DNA of 64,000 nucleotides, taken from the NCBI GenBank assembly GCA_023213395.1, contig CM041465.1, forward strand, positions 191,959,741 through 192,023,740, read 5' to 3'. Shown here piece after piece: positions 61,870 to 64,000 of the stretch (position 1 is its first letter; every line of letters begins with the position of its first letter). The DNA comes from Cycas panzhihuaensis (lineage: Eukaryota; Plantae; Cycadophyta). Under the pieces are notes generated by a model. That model did no database searches. It saw only the letters and a program-made list of their open reading frames with translations, and had not been told where the DNA came from. A program made the translations under genes and the position numbers.

Positions 61870-64000
61870 TGATGAACACTTGTCCCAAAAATTTTAAAAT
61901 GATATGTGTAAGGAATTTGAGATGACAGACTTGGGACTAATGTATTATTTCTGAAGCATAAACGTTTAGCATGATGAAAAGGAGATATTTATCTCCTAAA
62001 GGAAATACATATTAGACTTATTACACAAGTTCAACATGAGTGATTGCAAGTCATTTGCAACTCTAATAGAAGTTAGATTGAAGTTGTCCAAGTTTGAGGA
62101 ATCAAAATCAATTGATCCTACACTCTATAGGTAATTGATTGGGAGTCTAATTTACTTGACTTCAACTTAACCAGATATAATGTATGTAGTAAATGTGGTT
62201 TCTAAATTCGTACATGAGCCTAAGGTAAAACATTAGAAAATAGCCAAAAGAATTCTTAGGTATCTCAAAGGTACAATTGGATATGGATTACATTACAGGT
62301 TATGAGGGGACTACGGATTGGTTGGATATATAAACTCAGACTAGGGAGGTTATATAGATGATAGGAAATCTACCTCTGGTTATACATTTAGTTTGGGTTT
62401 AGCTGCAGTTACATGGAGTTTAAAGAAATAAGCCATAATATCTCTATCTACTACAAAAGTAGAGTATAAAGCAACTATAGTAAAAGCATGTAAAATAGTT
62501 TGACTTAGAAGATTGCTATAGGATTTATAGGAAAAACATGTTAGTCTCACTCATATACTTTACGATAATCAAAACATAATTTAGATGACTCAAAATCCAT
62601 TATTTCATAGTAAGACAAAGCACATTGAAATACATTATCACTTCATTAGAGAATTGATGCAGCAAAGCAAACTTGAATTAGTCTATTATGGCATAAAAGA
62701 ATAGGTGGAAGATATATTCATAAAGGTATTTGGCGATATAAAGTTTATCAATTTTAGAGATAAACTTGGAGTCTCCTTAAATGGGAATTATGGGAGAGAA
62801 ATATTGGAATAATGCCTATTGGGGCTCATATCCATCTAGGGTTGATTACCCACATTAGGGTGATATCCTAGATATTGGTCAAGATATCATGGCAGCTCTA
62901 TGTCTGACCCTAGCTAGACTTTGTCAGATATTAGCAGCACCCATTCTAGCATTTGTCAGCTCTAGTTAATGGTAGATGTTGAATGGTGTACAATATCCTG
63001 CCTATTTATTCATGGGGTCGAAAGATCCTAGTGTTCATCAGCACCATCACTCTATCGAATTGATTGTTAACTCTTTCATGCATTTTCTTTGTTCGCTCTA
63101 TCCCCTGATTCCATCAACTTTAGCACTTTGATGCTTTTATATATGTCTTAATGTCATGTTATTCAGTTGTAAGCATATAAAGTCATGAATATACAATCCT
63201 ATAAACCTTGTAATAATGGTTTGGGCTTATTTAAAAGTATTTTCTTTGACATTTTAATTATTTATTTTTACTCATTTCACATTATTTCTATTATCTTATA
63301 AATTTTTATATTATTGTATCTATAATAAATAGAACTTTAGGCTAAATCATAGTTAGCTATTGTAAATAGTTCTTTATAGATTGAATACATACAAGAGAAC
63401 CATCCTTGAAAATGGATATAAAACCCCTTCATTATTTTAGTAGATTTATATATTAAGCACTTAAATAATGTAGATCAATTCTCATTTCCTATTCCTTAAA
63501 GAGTATAAACTCATAGAGTAATAAATTAATGACTATATTGGGGAGACATTTTAAGTTTCATGACTTGGGTAAATTTTACTATTCCACTTTTTGTACTAGT
63601 GGTTTGAAAATTGATTGAATTCTTAAGTAGTCTATACCCCTAATAAGCTAAGGCACAAGTATATTTTAAGAGTTTTAAATTCATTTCAAGAAATAAATAA
63701 ATGATAATGAAAAACTAATGGATTTTTGAAGTTGAAATGGCCAATCTTAATCAAGGAGGAGGCCTAATGGCTAATTTGCATAAGGAAAGGGATTACACAC
63801 TTTAGATTATTAATGATCTATTAGCTTTAGGAATAATTATAAATGATGTTCCAAACAAGTTATAAGATGTGTATGTTAAGTTTAGGGGAGTTAGAAGGAT
63901 CACAGAAGAACAACATCTTGGAAACTTCTCAACCATATGCAAGATGTTTAATATCACTAATATAGATGTGGTTGTTTGCATGTTTGCTAATACTATAGAA

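Larger units (their letters stand above)
55313..62780 (+). pseudogene. Copia-D gag-pol, interrupted by element F just after YVDD
   Basis: Gag (MRSLGEVISEQRVVEKILR), zinc knuckle ~56272, NLLSVGQ, WHKRLAH, integrase (IIDDFTRMTWVYF, NGVVERKHRT), RT (YKARLV, YQMDVKS, LYVDD...RND|EH..EFEMTDLG), RNase H (DRKSTSGY, KTKHIEIHYHFIRE). Confidence 0.93.
52612..63116 (+). mobile_element. Copia-D: full-length Ty1/Copia with a 2.4 kb leader, decayed
   Basis: LTRs at 52612-52947 and 62802-63116. Perfect TSD ACTTT. PBS TGGCATAGAGC (52950-52960). PPT TGGGAGAGAAA before 62802. Confidence 0.95.
46938..64000 (+). mobile_element. Tat/Ogre-type Gypsy: ~1.95 kb 5' LTR split by elements G and Copia-D, Arg-type PBS, start of gag at the window edge
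   Basis: Candidate LTR start TGTAATCCCC at 46938. Degenerate PBS TAATGACTATATTGGGGA (63527-63544) versus TGGCGACTCCACTGGGGA (tRNA-Arg). Gag from ~63737: ...YVKFRG...ITEEQHLGNF...DVVVCMFANT. Confidence 0.6.

Noticed and set aside
47487-63121. Shared ACTTT-like TSD for G and Copia-D as a target-site preference
   Set aside because: Only two events in AT-rich DNA; the other TSDs differ.
63788-63797. AGGGATTACA as the inverted terminus closing a solo LTR starting TGTAATCCC at 46938
   Set aside because: No TSD (GGTTA vs CACTT); it lies inside the gag reading frame downstream of an Arg-type PBS.

Overview
This 64 kb window is AT-rich plant heterochromatin made almost entirely of nested, decayed retrotransposons; I found no intact host gene. 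The species cannot be identified from sequence alone; the element types look gymnosperm/non-angiosperm-like, which is inference. Layout: (1) Copia-A RT/RNaseH (1-11.9 kb, +) is split by a complete Gypsy-A (1128-11579, -, TSD AATAC, tRNA-Glu PBS). (2) Gypsy-B (~13.9-42.4 kb, -) carries a small LTR element (15.9-18.5 kb) and Copia-C (23403-40010). Copia-C holds a ~3.1 kb solo-LTR-like insert (25910-34875), which holds non-autonomous element E (27699-33504, TSD GATAG). (3) A LINE fragment and a truncated Gypsy-C follow. (4) A Tat/Ogre-type 5' LTR (46938-~63523) carries element G (47492-51613) and Copia-D (52612-63116); Copia-D carries element F (58527-61869). Main observations: (a) Elements D, E, F and probably G share a ~72-76 bp symmetric motif, AGCCCCTT..GTCACRTG-N7-CAYGTGAC..AAGGGGC; in D and E it lies upstream of gag. 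A variable segment sits between the PBS and this motif, and in E it is an antisense, intronless chimera of thaumatin-like and SIN3-like (PAH) host fragments. This suggests a Copia lineage with a bidirectional internal promoter and an antisense cargo slot. (b) Gypsy-A and Gypsy-B both carry two extra tandem Gag-capsid-like modules between protease and RT, 4-5 CCHC knuckles, and a conserved additional 3' ORF.
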